Shown: positions 1-10,345 of the stretch, in pieces
Layout of the letters: each line of letters starts with the position of its first letter
Position numbering within the stretch: the first letter of the stretch is position 1
Source of the DNA: an uncultured Mycobacteriaceae bacterium
GTDB lineage: Bacteria; Actinomycetota; Actinomycetes; Mycobacteriales; Mycobacteriaceae
Reading direction: 5' to 3'
Assembly: GCA_903927745.1 (NCBI GenBank)
Contig: CAIYOH010000205.1
Coordinates: 1-59,525 of the forward strand
DNA length: 59,525 bases
Notes under the pieces: model-generated
Database searches by the model: none
What the model was told of the DNA's origin: nothing
Seen by the model: only the letters and a program-made list of their open reading frames with translations
Translations under genes and position numbers: made by a program

Positions 1-987
1 CTTCTTCTCGTCGGCCCCAATGTCCTTCAGCCACGCGAGCGGGACCGGCGCGAATGCCTCGTTGACCTCATAGGCGCCGATGTCGCCGATGCTCAGCCCC
101 GACCTCTTGAGCACCTTCTGCGTCGCCGGGATGGGGGCGGTCAGCATGATCACGGGGTCGGCTCCGGCCAGTGTCGCGGTATGCACCCTCGCAAGCGGCT
201 TGAGCCCCAACGACTTCGCCTTCTCCGCCGACATGAACAGCAGCGCTGCCGAACCGTCGGAGATCTGCGAGGAGTTGCCGGCGTGGATCACGCCGTCCTC
301 CTTGAACGCCGGCTTGAGCGACGCCATCTTCTCCATCGGCGTGCCGCGGCGGATTCCCTCGTCCTTCACGACGACTGATTTTTCTGTCCCGTCCGTTACC
401 GTGATGCCCACGATCTGGTCATCGAACGCCCCTGAATCCTGGGCTGCACCAGCCTTTTCGTGTGAGGCGAGGGAGAACTCGTCGAGCGCGGTGCGGCTCA
501 GGCCCCACTGCTCGGCGATCATCTCCGCGCCGATGCCCTGGTTCGGGATCTGGCCGTTGTAGCGGTCGATGAAGCTCTGCGGGTAGGGCCGCCCGCCGTT
601 GGCCAGCGACGAGCCCATCGGGGTCCGCGACATCGACTCCACGCCACCTGCGACGACGACGTCGTAGTGCCCGGCGATCACCCCGGCCGCGGCGAAGTGA
701 ACGGACTGCTGGCTGGAGCCGCACTGGCGGTCGACGGTCACGCCCGGCACGGTCTCGGGCCAGCCGGCGGCGAGCAGCGCGGTGCGGCCGATGTCGAGGG
801 CCTGTTCACCGGCCTGCATGACGCAGCCCCAGATGACGTCGTCGACAATCGCGGGGTCGATGCCGGCCCTGTCGACCAGCCCGTTGAGGACCTGCGCGGA
901 AAGATCGGCCGGGTGCACCCCGGACAATCCGCCGTTGCGTTTACCAACCGGTGAGCGCATTGCTTCGACGATGACGGCCTCGGCCAT
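1..987 (-). CDS. acetyl-CoA C-acyltransferase (thiolase), 3' end truncated by window edge
   Basis: Not in the ORF track because it runs off the edge. Hand translation from ATG 987 (RBS AAAGGAG) gives MAEAVIVEAMRSPVGKRNGG...VDRQCGSSQQ (catalytic Cys)...GNSSQISDG...EVNEAFA. Confidence 0.92.
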   Translation of the reverse strand, partial: MAEAVIVEAMRSPVGKRNGGLSGVHPADLSAQVLNGLVDRAGIDPAIVDDVIWGCVMQAGEQALDIGRTALLAAGWPETVPGVTVDRQCGSSQQSVHFAAAGVIAGHYDVVVAGGVESMSRTPMGSSLANGGRPYPQSFIDRYNGQIPNQGIGAEMIAEQWGLSRTALDEFSLASHEKAGAAQDSGAFDDQIVGITVTDGTEKSVVVKDEGIRRGTPMEKMASLKPAFKEDGVIHAGNSSQISDGSAALLFMSAEKAKSLGLKPLARVHTATLAGADPVIMLTAPIPATQKVLKRSGLSIGDIGAYEVNEAFAPVPLAWLKDIGADEKK

Positions 988-1071
988 GATGGAGTCTCCT
1001 TTGACGTGTGCAGTCCGTCGATTGTCAACCAAGGGATGTGACGGCCGGAGGGCGGGGGTGGTCCCCGCCGC

Positions 1072-1129
1072 CGAGATTGCCGCCACGGTCGCGATCGGCC
1101 CCGGAATCACAGCCGTCACGGCAATCTCG
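1072..1129. repeat. intergenic palindromic (REP-like) element / long hairpin
   Basis: CGAGATTGCCG (1072-1082) and CGGCAATCTCG (1119-1129) form a perfect 11-bp inverted repeat, with further imperfect inner pairing. Confidence 0.7.
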
Positions 1130-1144
1130 CCGCGACATCAGGTG

Positions 1145-2629
1145 CTAAACGACGGGGTACGCCACGGACTTGATCTCGGTGTACTGGTCGAACCCGGCCA
1201 CGCCGTTCTGGCGGCCGACCCCGCTGGCCTTGTACCCGCCGAACGGCGTGTCGGCGGCGTAGGGGGTGCCGCCGTTGACGCCGATGAATCCGGCGCGCAG
1301 CCTACGGGCCACCGCGAGCGAACGCTCCAGCGAGCCCGACACCACGTTGCCGGCCAGCCCGTAGGGGCTGTCGTTGGCGATCCGGATCGCGTCTTCTTCG
1401 TCGTCAAACGGGATGACGACCAGAACAGGCCCGAAGATCTCCTCCTGTGCGATCGTCATCGAGTTGTCGACATCAATGAACAGCGTTGGCCGGACGTAAA
1501 ATCCCCGGTCGAAGCCGGTCGGTGCGTCGGGCCCCCCGACGAGAGCGGTGGCGCCCTCTTCGACGCCCTTCCTGATGTAGCCCAGAACACGCTTGCGCTG
1601 CTTGTCCGAGATTACCGGGCCGCACAGGGTCCCGGGGTCCTGCGGGTCGCCGCACGTGACGTTGTCGTAGATGCTCTTGAGGATCGCGACGCCCTCGTCG
1701 TAGCGCGACCGCGGCAACAGCATCCGTGTCGGGTTGGCGCAGCCCTGTCCGGCGTGCATGCACGGCGCGATGCCGATCGCGCAGGCCGACCCGATGTCAG
1801 CGTCCTCTAAGACGATGGTGGCCGACTTCCCGCCGAGTTCGAGGAAGAGCCGTTTCATCGTGGCGGCACCCTTTTCCATGATCCGCCTGCCGACAGCGGT
1901 GGAGCCGGTGAACGAGATCAGGTCGACCTTCGGCGACAGCGTGAGCTCCTCGCCCACCAGATGGTCCGACGCGGTGATGATGTTGATGACACCCGCCGGG
2001 ATGTCGGTCTTCTCGGCGATCAACCGGCCCAGGCGGGTCGCGTTGAACGGCGTGTCGGGTGCCGCCTTGAGCACGACGGTGTTGCCGGTGCCCAGCGCCT
2101 GGCCGATCTTGTTGATGGTGACCTCGAAAGGGAAGTTCCATGGCACGATCGCGCCGACGACGCCCACCGGCTCCCGCCACACCTTGCGGGTGGTCAGCGC
2201 GCCGGTGAGGCTGATCACCTTGTCACCGAGGTCGGTCTCCCAGGGATACTCGTCGATCAGCCGGGCGGGGTACTTGAGCCCGTCTTCCAGCGGGGCGTCC
2301 AACTGGGGGCCGAACGTGATCGCGCGGGGCGTACCGACCTCGAGGATCAACTCCTCGCGCAGTTCTTCCTTCTCCGATTCAATCGCCTCGTGCAGCTGCA
2401 GCAGGCAGCGCTTGCGTAACTCCCGGTTTGTCGACCAGTCCGTGTCGTCGAAGGCCCGCCGGGCGGCGTCGATGGCTCGGTGCATGTCCGCCTTCGACGC
2501 GTCGGCGACCTCCCCGAGCAGCTCTTCGGTCGCCGGGTTGATATTGGTGAAGGTCCCTGCCTGGCCATCGACGAGTTGGCCGTCGATCATCATCTTCGGC
2601 TCGAAGCGAACCTTTACAGTGTCAGCCAT
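1145..2629 (-). CDS. aldehyde dehydrogenase
   Basis: PWNFP, FTGSTAVG, LELGGKS, GQGC (catalytic Cys) and EEIFGPV motifs. Confidence 0.95.
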   Translation of the reverse strand: MADTVKVRFEPKMMIDGQLVDGQAGTFTNINPATEELLGEVADASKADMHRAIDAARRAFDDTDWSTNRELRKRCLLQLHEAIESEKEELREELILEVGTPRAITFGPQLDAPLEDGLKYPARLIDEYPWETDLGDKVISLTGALTTRKVWREPVGVVGAIVPWNFPFEVTINKIGQALGTGNTVVLKAAPDTPFNATRLGRLIAEKTDIPAGVINIITASDHLVGEELTLSPKVDLISFTGSTAVGRRIMEKGAATMKRLFLELGGKSATIVLEDADIGSACAIGIAPCMHAGQGCANPTRMLLPRSRYDEGVAILKSIYDNVTCGDPQDPGTLCGPVISDKQRKRVLGYIRKGVEEGATALVGGPDAPTGFDRGFYVRPTLFIDVDNSMTIAQEEIFGPVLVVIPFDDEEDAIRIANDSPYGLAGNVVSGSLERSLAVARRLRAGFIGVNGGTPYAADTPFGGYKASGVGRQNGVAGFDQYTEIKSVAYPVV

Positions 2630-2726
2630 ATGTGTTCAGCTCTCTCTCGACGAGGCGCTGCTCACAGCGCCGGGACCCTGCCCAAGCCTGACCGGAAACT
2701 AGCTGATTGGCAACCGTCAACCTGAG

Positions 2727-4322
2727 GTGTCTATCCAGTGCGGCGGACTGGTTCCGGTGATTGCGGTGGTCTACCATCGCGTCGTGCAGCAGCAGACGAC
2801 GGTCACCGGGTTGGCGGCCAGCATGACGATCCTGGGGATGGGCCTCGGAAATGGCCTCGTCGTCGGCGACATGTTCATCCTGGATCTCAACCTGGCGACA
2901 GTCCAGACCGGCCTGCATTGCTCGGCCAGCACCTGCGTTTTCATCGCGTGTCTGGCAGACCTGACTCTGGCGGCCACCGTGCTCGGAGCCGGGGTCCTCG
3001 GCGACAAGTATGGCGCGAAACGGATGTTCATCGCCGGCGCGTGCGGAGCCGGCGTTTTCGGGCTGCTGGCCGCGGCCGCCCCGAACGCCGCCGTGATGAT
3101 CGTCGCCCGAGCCTGCATCGGGATGGCGTTCGCGTTCCTGTGCAGCCTGTCGCTGGCCATCATCAATGCGGTCTTCCCCGTCCACCAGCGGGCAAAGGCG
3201 ATCGCCCAGTATCTGGCCGTGATCTACGTCTTCGGCGTGGCGCCGCCCGCGATCGCCAGCCTGCTGGTCAAAAACGCCGGCTGGCGCAGCGGCTTTCTCA
3301 TCACGGCAGTTCTGGCGATACTCGTCGTGGCGATCACTCTGCGATATGTCCCGGAAACGCAGCGTACGGACTCCAAGGTCGACGTACCCGGCCTGCTGCT
3401 GGTGGCCGCTGCCCTCGTGGGTCTGATCTATGGCATTTCCAAGTTGGAGAACGGATTACAGTTTGCCGCGCTGGTACCGATCGCGATTGGAGTCCTCGCC
3501 GGTGTCGCGTTCGTGTGGTGGGAACGGCGCACCGACGAACCGGCGCTGGATCTGGGCATTTTTCGCTCACCCCGCTTCGACGCCGCGGTGATCGCAGGCG
3601 CCGCCGGCAGATTCGTCGAGGCCGGCGGACTGATCATGGTCGGCTATTACCTCATCATTCTCCGCGGTACGTCGACCCAGACGTTCGCACTGATGATCAT
3701 CCCTGCCGCCCTGTTGTCCGCAGTGGCTGCGCTCGGTGCCGGTCGGGCGGCGGCACGGCTTGGCGTCCGCACCGTCATGGTGGCGGGCCTCATGATCGTG
3801 ACGCTGAGCCTGCTCTTGCGCCGGTTGTTCGAGGTCGATACCCCTATCGTCGCCGTCGCCGCCGTGGTGGCGCTGACAGCGATAGGCGGCGCCATCGTCC
3901 ACACCCCGCAGGTCACGATCATGATGTCCAGCGTGCCGACCAGTCTCGGTGGCGTGGTCTCGGCGATAGAGACCTCCGTGGCATCAGCCTCCACCGCCAT
4001 CGGCGGGTCGCTTTTCGCACTGCTGAGCATCGCCCTGTTCGATCGCCACTTGAAGCTGTCAGATTCGGGCATCACGGGGAAACAGGCTCTCGGGACTCTG
4101 CGAGTGGCGCACGCTCCAAGCGCCCTCAGCGCCCCAGGGGATGGGCTGGCCGATCCCCAGCAGGTTCACAAGGTGATTGCCGAGGCCTCGTCGAGCATGA
4201 TCGACGCGGCGCACGAGCTGAATCTCATCATCACCATCGTTCCCGTGACCGCGATCGTCCTCGCACTCTTCTTATTCGGCCGGGAACTTCCCCGCGAAAC
4301 ACGACAATCGGCAACGCCGTGA
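2727..4322 (+). CDS. MFS transporter (DHA2-like, about 14 TM helices); true start may be GTG near 2784
   Basis: Many hydrophobic helices, MFS motif A (GVLGDKYGAKR), and DHA2-like segments (WERRTDEPALDLGIF). Confidence 0.85.
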   Translation: MSIQCGGLVPVIAVVYHRVVQQQTTVTGLAASMTILGMGLGNGLVVGDMFILDLNLATVQTGLHCSASTCVFIACLADLTLAATVLGAGVLGDKYGAKRMFIAGACGAGVFGLLAAAAPNAAVMIVARACIGMAFAFLCSLSLAIINAVFPVHQRAKAIAQYLAVIYVFGVAPPAIASLLVKNAGWRSGFLITAVLAILVVAITLRYVPETQRTDSKVDVPGLLLVAAALVGLIYGISKLENGLQFAALVPIAIGVLAGVAFVWWERRTDEPALDLGIFRSPRFDAAVIAGAAGRFVEAGGLIMVGYYLIILRGTSTQTFALMIIPAALLSAVAALGAGRAAARLGVRTVMVAGLMIVTLSLLLRRLFEVDTPIVAVAAVVALTAIGGAIVHTPQVTIMMSSVPTSLGGVVSAIETSVASASTAIGGSLFALLSIALFDRHLKLSDSGITGKQALGTLRVAHAPSALSAPGDGLADPQQVHKVIAEASSSMIDAAHELNLIITIVPVTAIVLALFLFGRELPRETRQSATP

Positions 4323-4445
4323 TGTCACCTCACGGCGGCTGGTGGCCGACGGTGCTCGAACGCCGGGCGTATTGAACTGCGCAACCGTTGTTCATAAGGT
4401 AGGGGAGGCCTCCATGGCCCACCACATGGCCCGAGAGAGGAACTC

Positions 4446-5288
4446 ATGTCCGTAATCGACAGGTTGCGCTACGACGGCAAGCGGGCGCTGATTGTCGGCG
4501 GAGCTACCGGCATGGGCGCCGCGGCGGCCAAGTCGGCAGCGGAACTGGGCGCCGAGGTCGTCGTTATGGACCACGCGCCGGTGACCTACGACGTCGCCCA
4601 AGCGATCAACGTCGACCTGCGCGACCCCGCGTCGATCGACTCCGCGCTAGACCAGCTGGGGGGCCCGGTCCATGCGCTGTTCTCCGCCGCCGGGGTCGCC
4701 GAGGGACCCGATCTGATGAAGATCAACTTCATCGGCCACCGCCACATCATCGACCGCCTGATCGACAAGGGCTGGCTCCCCTCCGGCTCGGCGATCTGTT
4801 TCATCTCCTCGGTGGCCGGCATGGGATGGGAGAACGATCTGCCCCTGTTGCAGGAGTTCCTCGCCAATACCGATTTCGCGTCGGCCCAGGACTGGGTGGC
4901 GGCGCACGAAAAGAAGGGCATCATCCACTACGGTTTCAGCAAGAAGGCCGTGAACGCCTACGTGGCGATGCAGGGCTATCCGTTGCTGAAGAAAGGGGTC
5001 CGGATCAACGCGATCTGCCCGGGCCCCACCGACACACCACTGGCCCAGGCGAACGCCGACCTGTGGCTCAGCTTCGCTCAGGACTTCCGCGACGACACCA
5101 GCTCCAAGGTGCACACCCCGGAGCAAATGGGCGACGTCATGGCCTTCCTCAACAGCGCCGCCGCCTTCGGCGTCAACGGCATCACCCTGCTCGTGGACTA
5201 CGGGCACACGATGGCGTCGCTCACGGGAGCGTTCGCGCCGGGGAAGGCGATCATCGACCTGATTATGGGCCGCGTGAAACTGAGCTAG
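4446..5288 (+). CDS. SDR family oxidoreductase (hydroxysteroid/alcohol dehydrogenase-like)
   Basis: GGATGMG Rossmann motif, YGFSK catalytic motif, NAICPGPTDT; RBS GAGAGG upstream. Confidence 0.9.
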   Translation: MSVIDRLRYDGKRALIVGGATGMGAAAAKSAAELGAEVVVMDHAPVTYDVAQAINVDLRDPASIDSALDQLGGPVHALFSAAGVAEGPDLMKINFIGHRHIIDRLIDKGWLPSGSAICFISSVAGMGWENDLPLLQEFLANTDFASAQDWVAAHEKKGIIHYGFSKKAVNAYVAMQGYPLLKKGVRINAICPGPTDTPLAQANADLWLSFAQDFRDDTSSKVHTPEQMGDVMAFLNSAAAFGVNGITLLVDYGHTMASLTGAFAPGKAIIDLIMGRVKLS

Positions 5289-5303
5289 GACGCTCGGCGA
5301 GGT

Positions 5304-7025
5304 CTAGTCGGACAAGACCTGCACCGGGAGGTCGTCGGCCCAGGGCTGGCTGGTGACCATGTCGGCGACGCGCACGATGCCGTGCTCGAACTCGCCGGTC
5401 GCCGCGTCCACCAATCGGTAGGCCTGGGTCTGCTTGTGGATCGGCTGCGCATCGAGCAACACCACCCGCACCTCTCCCGGCTGGAAGCGGCAGCGCTCCT
5501 GCAGCGCGGAGATCAGTTGTTCGTTGTGCATGTGGCCATCGCCGAAATTCCAGCCGATGGCGGTGCTGCAGATCCGCTCACCATCGGTGACGACGTAGTC
5601 GTCCTCGTTCTCACCCGCCATCGCGCGGTGCGCCAACGTGAACAGCGCCCGGCCATGGGTGTTGAAACCACGGAACGCGTATCCCATGTAGATCGGGATC
5701 TGTGCGGCCTCGGGGCTGCCGTAGAACCGCTCCAGCTGGGCCGCCGGCATGCTCGCGATAGCCACGATGCCCCGGGCTATCTTCTCTTCCGCCGAGGGCT
5801 TGACGCACCACAGCGTGGTGTCCCAGTTGCCCGCGTAGTACCGCATGCCGGGCAGGAATGAGATCTTACGCGGAAACATGTTGCCCACGGAAACGATTCC
5901 CGTAATCACGGCGAACAGGATCGCCACCGGTACCGGGTTGTCGAGGTCGGCCAGCCCCAGGCGGGCGTGCGCGACGAACAACGACAGCACCCCGAAGATC
6001 ATGAAGACGTTCCACTCCAGGGGCACCCCCATCGGAATCGACCCCAGGATGCCGAGGTGGAAGCACACCATCACTGCGGCTGCCACCGTGGTAGGCCAGC
6101 CGCCGTGGCAGAGGAATAACACCAGCGGCACGAGCATCTCGATGGCGGTGCTCACGTGGGCTAGCCATCGCGACGGCCACCCGGGGCGCAGGTCGTCGGG
6201 GAAATTCTCGAAGAAACGCCGCTTGAGCCACCGGGGCCGCATCAAAGGGTTGTTGGACATCATCGTGGAGATGACGAAGGGAAAGTGTTTGTTGAGTTTG
6301 GATATCGCCGCGCCTATCCAGATGACCATGAAGACCACTTTGGACCCCACGACCATGTCGGCGCCGAAGAGGAAGGTCACCGCCAGGGTCGCGTAGACCT
6401 CGCCACGGGCGGCCAGAAAGATCACCTTGTCGCGCAAGGCAAGCACCCCCAGAATCACCAGGATCAGCGCCACCTTCCACTCCGGCAGCAACCCGACCGT
6501 CGTGTTCAGCGACGGCACCGGCCCGGTGCCGTCGGCGACCAGCGCGGCCAACGTCATGATCAGCAGCAGTCCGTACAGCGCGACATCGAACGGGGTGCGT
6601 TTGGTTCCTCTGGTCCCCGGAACACGATCCGGCCACGGTGGCAGCCGAATGGTGCCGAACCGCATCCAGTACAGGATCGAGCCCATCGGCGGGAAGAACC
6701 GGTTGTTCAGCGGCCCGAAGCCGCAGCCCAGCCCGATCACCTCGAACAGCATCGTGTAGAGCACGACCTTCTCGAACACGATCGGCTCCGACCACCACGA
6801 TGCGACCTCGGTGAACCCGCCGAGGCCCGCGGTGGCCGAGGCGAACAGCCACCCGCCGAGGATGTACAGGAGAATCTTGACCACGTAGAACAGATGTAGG
6901 GCGACCGGAGTACCGAAGCCCACCTCGGCCCAGTGCCGGGCCATCGGGCGGATCTTCTCGCTGCGGGTGCCCTTGCTCCACTCGTCCATGTCGACTTCGG
7001 GTAGGTCGGGCTTCAGGAATCCCAT
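5304..7025 (-). CDS. DUF3556 transmembrane protein (Rv1132-like)
   Basis: N-terminus MGFLKPDLP...WAEVGFGTP recalled as typical of this mycobacterial family; multiple TM segments. Confidence 0.85.
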   Translation of the reverse strand: MGFLKPDLPEVDMDEWSKGTRSEKIRPMARHWAEVGFGTPVALHLFYVVKILLYILGGWLFASATAGLGGFTEVASWWSEPIVFEKVVLYTMLFEVIGLGCGFGPLNNRFFPPMGSILYWMRFGTIRLPPWPDRVPGTRGTKRTPFDVALYGLLLIMTLAALVADGTGPVPSLNTTVGLLPEWKVALILVILGVLALRDKVIFLAARGEVYATLAVTFLFGADMVVGSKVVFMVIWIGAAISKLNKHFPFVISTMMSNNPLMRPRWLKRRFFENFPDDLRPGWPSRWLAHVSTAIEMLVPLVLFLCHGGWPTTVAAAVMVCFHLGILGSIPMGVPLEWNVFMIFGVLSLFVAHARLGLADLDNPVPVAILFAVITGIVSVGNMFPRKISFLPGMRYYAGNWDTTLWCVKPSAEEKIARGIVAIASMPAAQLERFYGSPEAAQIPIYMGYAFRGFNTHGRALFTLAHRAMAGENEDDYVVTDGERICSTAIGWNFGDGHMHNEQLISALQERCRFQPGEVRVVLLDAQPIHKQTQAYRLVDAATGEFEHGIVRVADMVTSQPWADDLPVQVLSD

Positions 7026-7108
7026 GGTGTGACAGCCTAAGACGTGGCGGTATCGCAGTCCGTTCCATGGGATGAATCACGCGCTGCGGGACTCTGAGAC
7101 CAGTCGTT

Positions 7109-7131
7109 TTGTCTGTAAACCGACGTACAAT
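7109..7131 (+). promoter_or_regulatory. RecA-NDp / PafBC-type DNA-damage promoter
   Basis: TTGTCTGTA-N8-TACAAT approximates the consensus tTGTCRgtg-N8-TAnnnT. The -10 box lies 6 nt before ATG 7138. Confidence 0.6.
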
Positions 7132-7147
7132 TCGAACATGCTTTCGA
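7132..7147. promoter_or_regulatory. LexA SOS box overlapping the start codon
   Basis: TCGAAC-ATGC-TTTCGA, one mismatch to the mycobacterial consensus TCGAAC-N4-GTTCGA. Confidence 0.7.
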
Positions 7148-8496
7148 TAGCTGGCGCGAAGGTCGATGAGGTCTTCGATGCGCTCGACGCTGAGATCGAC
7201 CGCGTCTGCGAGCTGTCCTTCGACGCCTTGACCAGCGGGCAACAATTGCGCGTCCTGGAGCGCCTGGAGACGATCGCGCGGCGGCTGCCGGTGCCGCGCC
7301 ACGCGCTGATCAACCAGCTGGTCCAGCACGCCACCCCGGCCGAGCTAGGCGGCCGGCTTTCTCACGTTCTGGCCGACCGGCTCCGCATCACCCGCAGCGA
7401 GGCCAACCGCCGTGTGGCCGAAGCAGCCGACCTGGGGCCGCGCCGAGCGCTCAGCGGGGAGCCGTTGGCGCCGCGGCTGGCTGCCACCGCCGCCGCACAG
7501 CGTCGCGGCGAGGCCGGCGCCGAGCACGTCACCGTCATACGCCGATTTCTCGACGACCTGCCACACTGGGTCGACGTCCCGACCCGCGAATGCGCGGAGC
7601 GTGATCTGGCCCGCGCCGCCACCCGACATCGCCCCGAACTCGTGCGCAAGCTCGCCGACCGGCTTGCCTGTTACCTCAACCCCGACGGCAACTTCAGCGA
7701 TGAGGAACGCAATCGACGTCGAGGACTGACGCTGGGCAAGCAGGACGTCGACGGAATGTCGCCCCTGCGTGGATTGCTCACGCCGTTGGCCCGCGCCGCC
7801 CTTGAGGCAGTTCTGGCCAAACTCGCCGCACCGGGAATGTGCAACCCCGAGGAACTGACACCCGTCGTCGACGGCGTCCCGAGCGAGGAAACGATCCGGC
7901 GCGACACCCGCAGCGCCGCCCAGCGCAATCACGACGGTCTCACCGCCGCGCTCAGGGCCGTTCTGGCCACCGGAGAACTGGGCCAGCACAACGGGTTACC
8001 TGCGTCCATTGTTGTCACCACGACGCTCAAAGACCTGGAATCCGCAGCGGGTAAGGGGCTCACCGGCGGCGGCACCATCCTGCCGATGAGCGACGTGATC
8101 CGCTTGGCCCGGCACGCACACCATTATCTTGCGATCTTCGACAAGGGCAAGGCGTTGGCCCTCTATCACACCAAACGCCTCGCCTCACCGGCACAACGAA
8201 TCGTGTTGTACGCCAAGGACCGCGGCTGTTCGGCTCCGGGGTGCGACATCCCCGGCTACTACAGCGAAGTCCATCACGTCACCCCGTACGCACAATGCCC
8301 CAGCACCGACATCAATAATCTGACGTTCGCCTGCGGAGGTCACCACCCCTTGGCGGAGAAAGGCTGGACCACCCGCAAGAACGCCCGCGGCGAAACCGAA
8401 TGGATACCACCGCCAGACCGCGACCGTAGACAACCGAGAACCAACACCTTCCACCACCCCGAAAAAATCCTGGCGGAGGACAACGACGACCCGTGA
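7138..8496 (+). CDS. DUF222 / HNH endonuclease, 13E12 repeat family (Rv1128c-like)
   Basis: DUF222-type N-terminal region ([24 protein letters not shown]) and C-terminal HNH (CSAPGC..EVHH..NNL..C..HH). Confidence 0.9.
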   Translation: MLSIAGAKVDEVFDALDAEIDRVCELSFDALTSGQQLRVLERLETIARRLPVPRHALINQLVQHATPAELGGRLSHVLADRLRITRSEANRRVAEAADLGPRRALSGEPLAPRLAATAAAQRRGEAGAEHVTVIRRFLDDLPHWVDVPTRECAERDLARAATRHRPELVRKLADRLACYLNPDGNFSDEERNRRRGLTLGKQDVDGMSPLRGLLTPLARAALEAVLAKLAAPGMCNPEELTPVVDGVPSEETIRRDTRSAAQRNHDGLTAALRAVLATGELGQHNGLPASIVVTTTLKDLESAAGKGLTGGGTILPMSDVIRLARHAHHYLAIFDKGKALALYHTKRLASPAQRIVLYAKDRGCSAPGCDIPGYYSEVHHVTPYAQCPSTDINNLTFACGGHHPLAEKGWTTRKNARGETEWIPPPDRDRRQPRTNTFHHPEKILAEDNDDP

Positions 8497-8531
8497 GGCT
8501 AGCCAGCCATGAAACCAGTCGGCCTCAGAAA

Positions 8532-9053
8532 CTAACCGGTCTTCGCCGCGGGCGGGCGGTAGAAGAAGAGCAACTGGCCGATGGCCCCGGCCAGCCCGAG
8601 ACCGACCGAGATCAGCAGACCCTGACGGCCGTCGCACCAGTTGTGGCCGAAGACAAGCCAGTCCAGGCTCAGTCTGCCGGCGCCGAGCGTGGCGACGGCG
8701 ACGGCCGCGGCCGCCAGAACGAGGTTGTACTCCCAGCCTTCCTTGACGATGAAGAAACCGTTGTGGCGGTGCACCGTCCAGGCCGCGACCAGCATCAGGG
8801 AGACGAAACCCGCCGCCGGGATCGGCGTCAGCAGGCCCGCCGCCACGCCCAATCCCGCCGCCGTCTCGGTGGTGGCGGCGACGGTCGCGTGGAATTTTCC
8901 GGGCTTCATGCCGATGCTCTCGAACCAGCCGGCGGTACCGGCGATACGGCCGCCGCCGAAGAACTTGTTCAATCCATGGGCGGCCATAGTTAGGCCCAGC
9001 ACCAGCCGCAGGAGCAGCAATCCGACGTCATAGGCAGTCACAGAGCTAGTCAT
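8532..9053 (-). CDS. DoxX family membrane protein
   Basis: LLRLVLGLTMAAHGLNK and GWEYNLVL motifs. Confidence 0.9.
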   Translation of the reverse strand: MTSSVTAYDVGLLLLRLVLGLTMAAHGLNKFFGGGRIAGTAGWFESIGMKPGKFHATVAATTETAAGLGVAAGLLTPIPAAGFVSLMLVAAWTVHRHNGFFIVKEGWEYNLVLAAAAVAVATLGAGRLSLDWLVFGHNWCDGRQGLLISVGLGLAGAIGQLLFFYRPPAAKTG

Positions 9054-9088
9054 GGCTCCAAACCTAGATCATGCCGGGATCCGGACAG

Positions 9089-10333
9089 CTAGAGCGCCGC
9101 ATCAAGGAGCCGCACGTACTCATCGACGTCGGGGACGGCAGACGTCGCGGCGTGCACACTGATCGCGACGGTGTCGCCGATACCGTGCACCCCGTGAGTC
9201 AGACCCATCACCGGCGACAACGGCGGATATCCGGCGGTCAGCACCACCGGACAGCCGCCGAAGCTGAAGTCGGCGGCGCCCCGGTTGACGCTGGACACCA
9301 CCGTATGGCCGCTCACCAGCGGCGGCCGGACGGCGGGATCGAACCGGGACACGCCCCAGCGCAGCAGGGGCGCGGGCACCGCCGCGAACGCCCGGTCGGC
9401 GGCGGCCGTGGCCGGATGCTCGAAGCGGCGCCGGCCGTTGGCCAGGTCAGCCGCGATTCGCTCCGAACGGAGATGCAGCGCGAGCGCCGGATACAACCCG
9501 ACGCTGACATTTCCGAAGTGATTGCGCGCCTGCGCAACACCGGGCTTGCTCATGGGAACCTCGGCGCCGAGCGACTCGGCGGCCGCACCGAGCAGGCGTG
9601 ACAGGGCCGTCGAGACCGCCGCCAGCACGGCGACGGTGACGGTGGGACCCGCCAACTGCGAGCGATGGCGCACCAGCGTGTGAATCGCGCGAACGCCGTC
9701 GGGATGGGCGTTGGTGCGCAGCGGCGGCCGGGGGCCGGTGCCCGCAACCAGCAGTCCCGCACGGATGTCGCGGCTCATCCGGCGATGGGCGCGCCCCGCC
9801 TCCACCACACGCCGACCGAAGAAGCCGGGCCGCGGCGTCGGCACCTGCGGCACCGGGCTGTCCCGGCCAAGGAGCCAGGCCGCCATCGCCGAGGCGCGAA
9901 CACCGTCGGCCAGCGCGTGCGGAACCTGCATGACAACAACGGTTCCAGGCCCGTCGACTCCGGGAATCCCGAGGACCGGCGTGAAAACGTGCAGCTGCCA
10001 CGCCATCCGCCGCATGTCCAGTGGGTCGCAGGCGATCGCGACGACGGCCGCCAAGCAGCCCAGCCAGCTGCTGTCGACAAGGTCGTGCCGGACCACCTGC
10101 TCGTCCCCGACGGCCGCCGGCACCCACCGCGGATAGGTCAGCGGGCTGTCGTCCCGAACCCGGGCCACCAGCCCCGGAGACGCACGCGCCCGCCGCAGAA
10201 CCTCCTCGATGGCCCGCCCGCAGTCCGCGGGTTCACCGTTGAACGCGTACAGCTGAAAATCGTCGTTGGGGACTGTGGCCGACATCCAGTAGAACTGCGC
10301 GTCGACGGCCGCCATCCGGTGCCCGGAAACCAT
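9089..10333 (-). CDS. WS/DGAT-domain acyltransferase-like protein (Rv1125-like)
   Basis: MAAVDAQFYW N-terminus, HALADG motif, and position next to ephC. Confidence 0.8.
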   Translation of the reverse strand: MVSGHRMAAVDAQFYWMSATVPNDDFQLYAFNGEPADCGRAIEEVLRRARASPGLVARVRDDSPLTYPRWVPAAVGDEQVVRHDLVDSSWLGCLAAVVAIACDPLDMRRMAWQLHVFTPVLGIPGVDGPGTVVVMQVPHALADGVRASAMAAWLLGRDSPVPQVPTPRPGFFGRRVVEAGRAHRRMSRDIRAGLLVAGTGPRPPLRTNAHPDGVRAIHTLVRHRSQLAGPTVTVAVLAAVSTALSRLLGAAAESLGAEVPMSKPGVAQARNHFGNVSVGLYPALALHLRSERIAADLANGRRRFEHPATAAADRAFAAVPAPLLRWGVSRFDPAVRPPLVSGHTVVSSVNRGAADFSFGGCPVVLTAGYPPLSPVMGLTHGVHGIGDTVAISVHAATSAVPDVDEYVRLLDAAL

Positions 10334-10345
10334 GCGGCGCCGCGT

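Noticed and set aside
2738-4375. 545-aa Arg-rich ORF and other long alternative-frame ORFs
   Set aside because: Off-frame shadows of real genes with no recognisable motifs.
7138-8496. Calling the 13E12 gene an IS element
   Set aside because: No transposase motifs, terminal inverted repeats or target-site duplication are visible.
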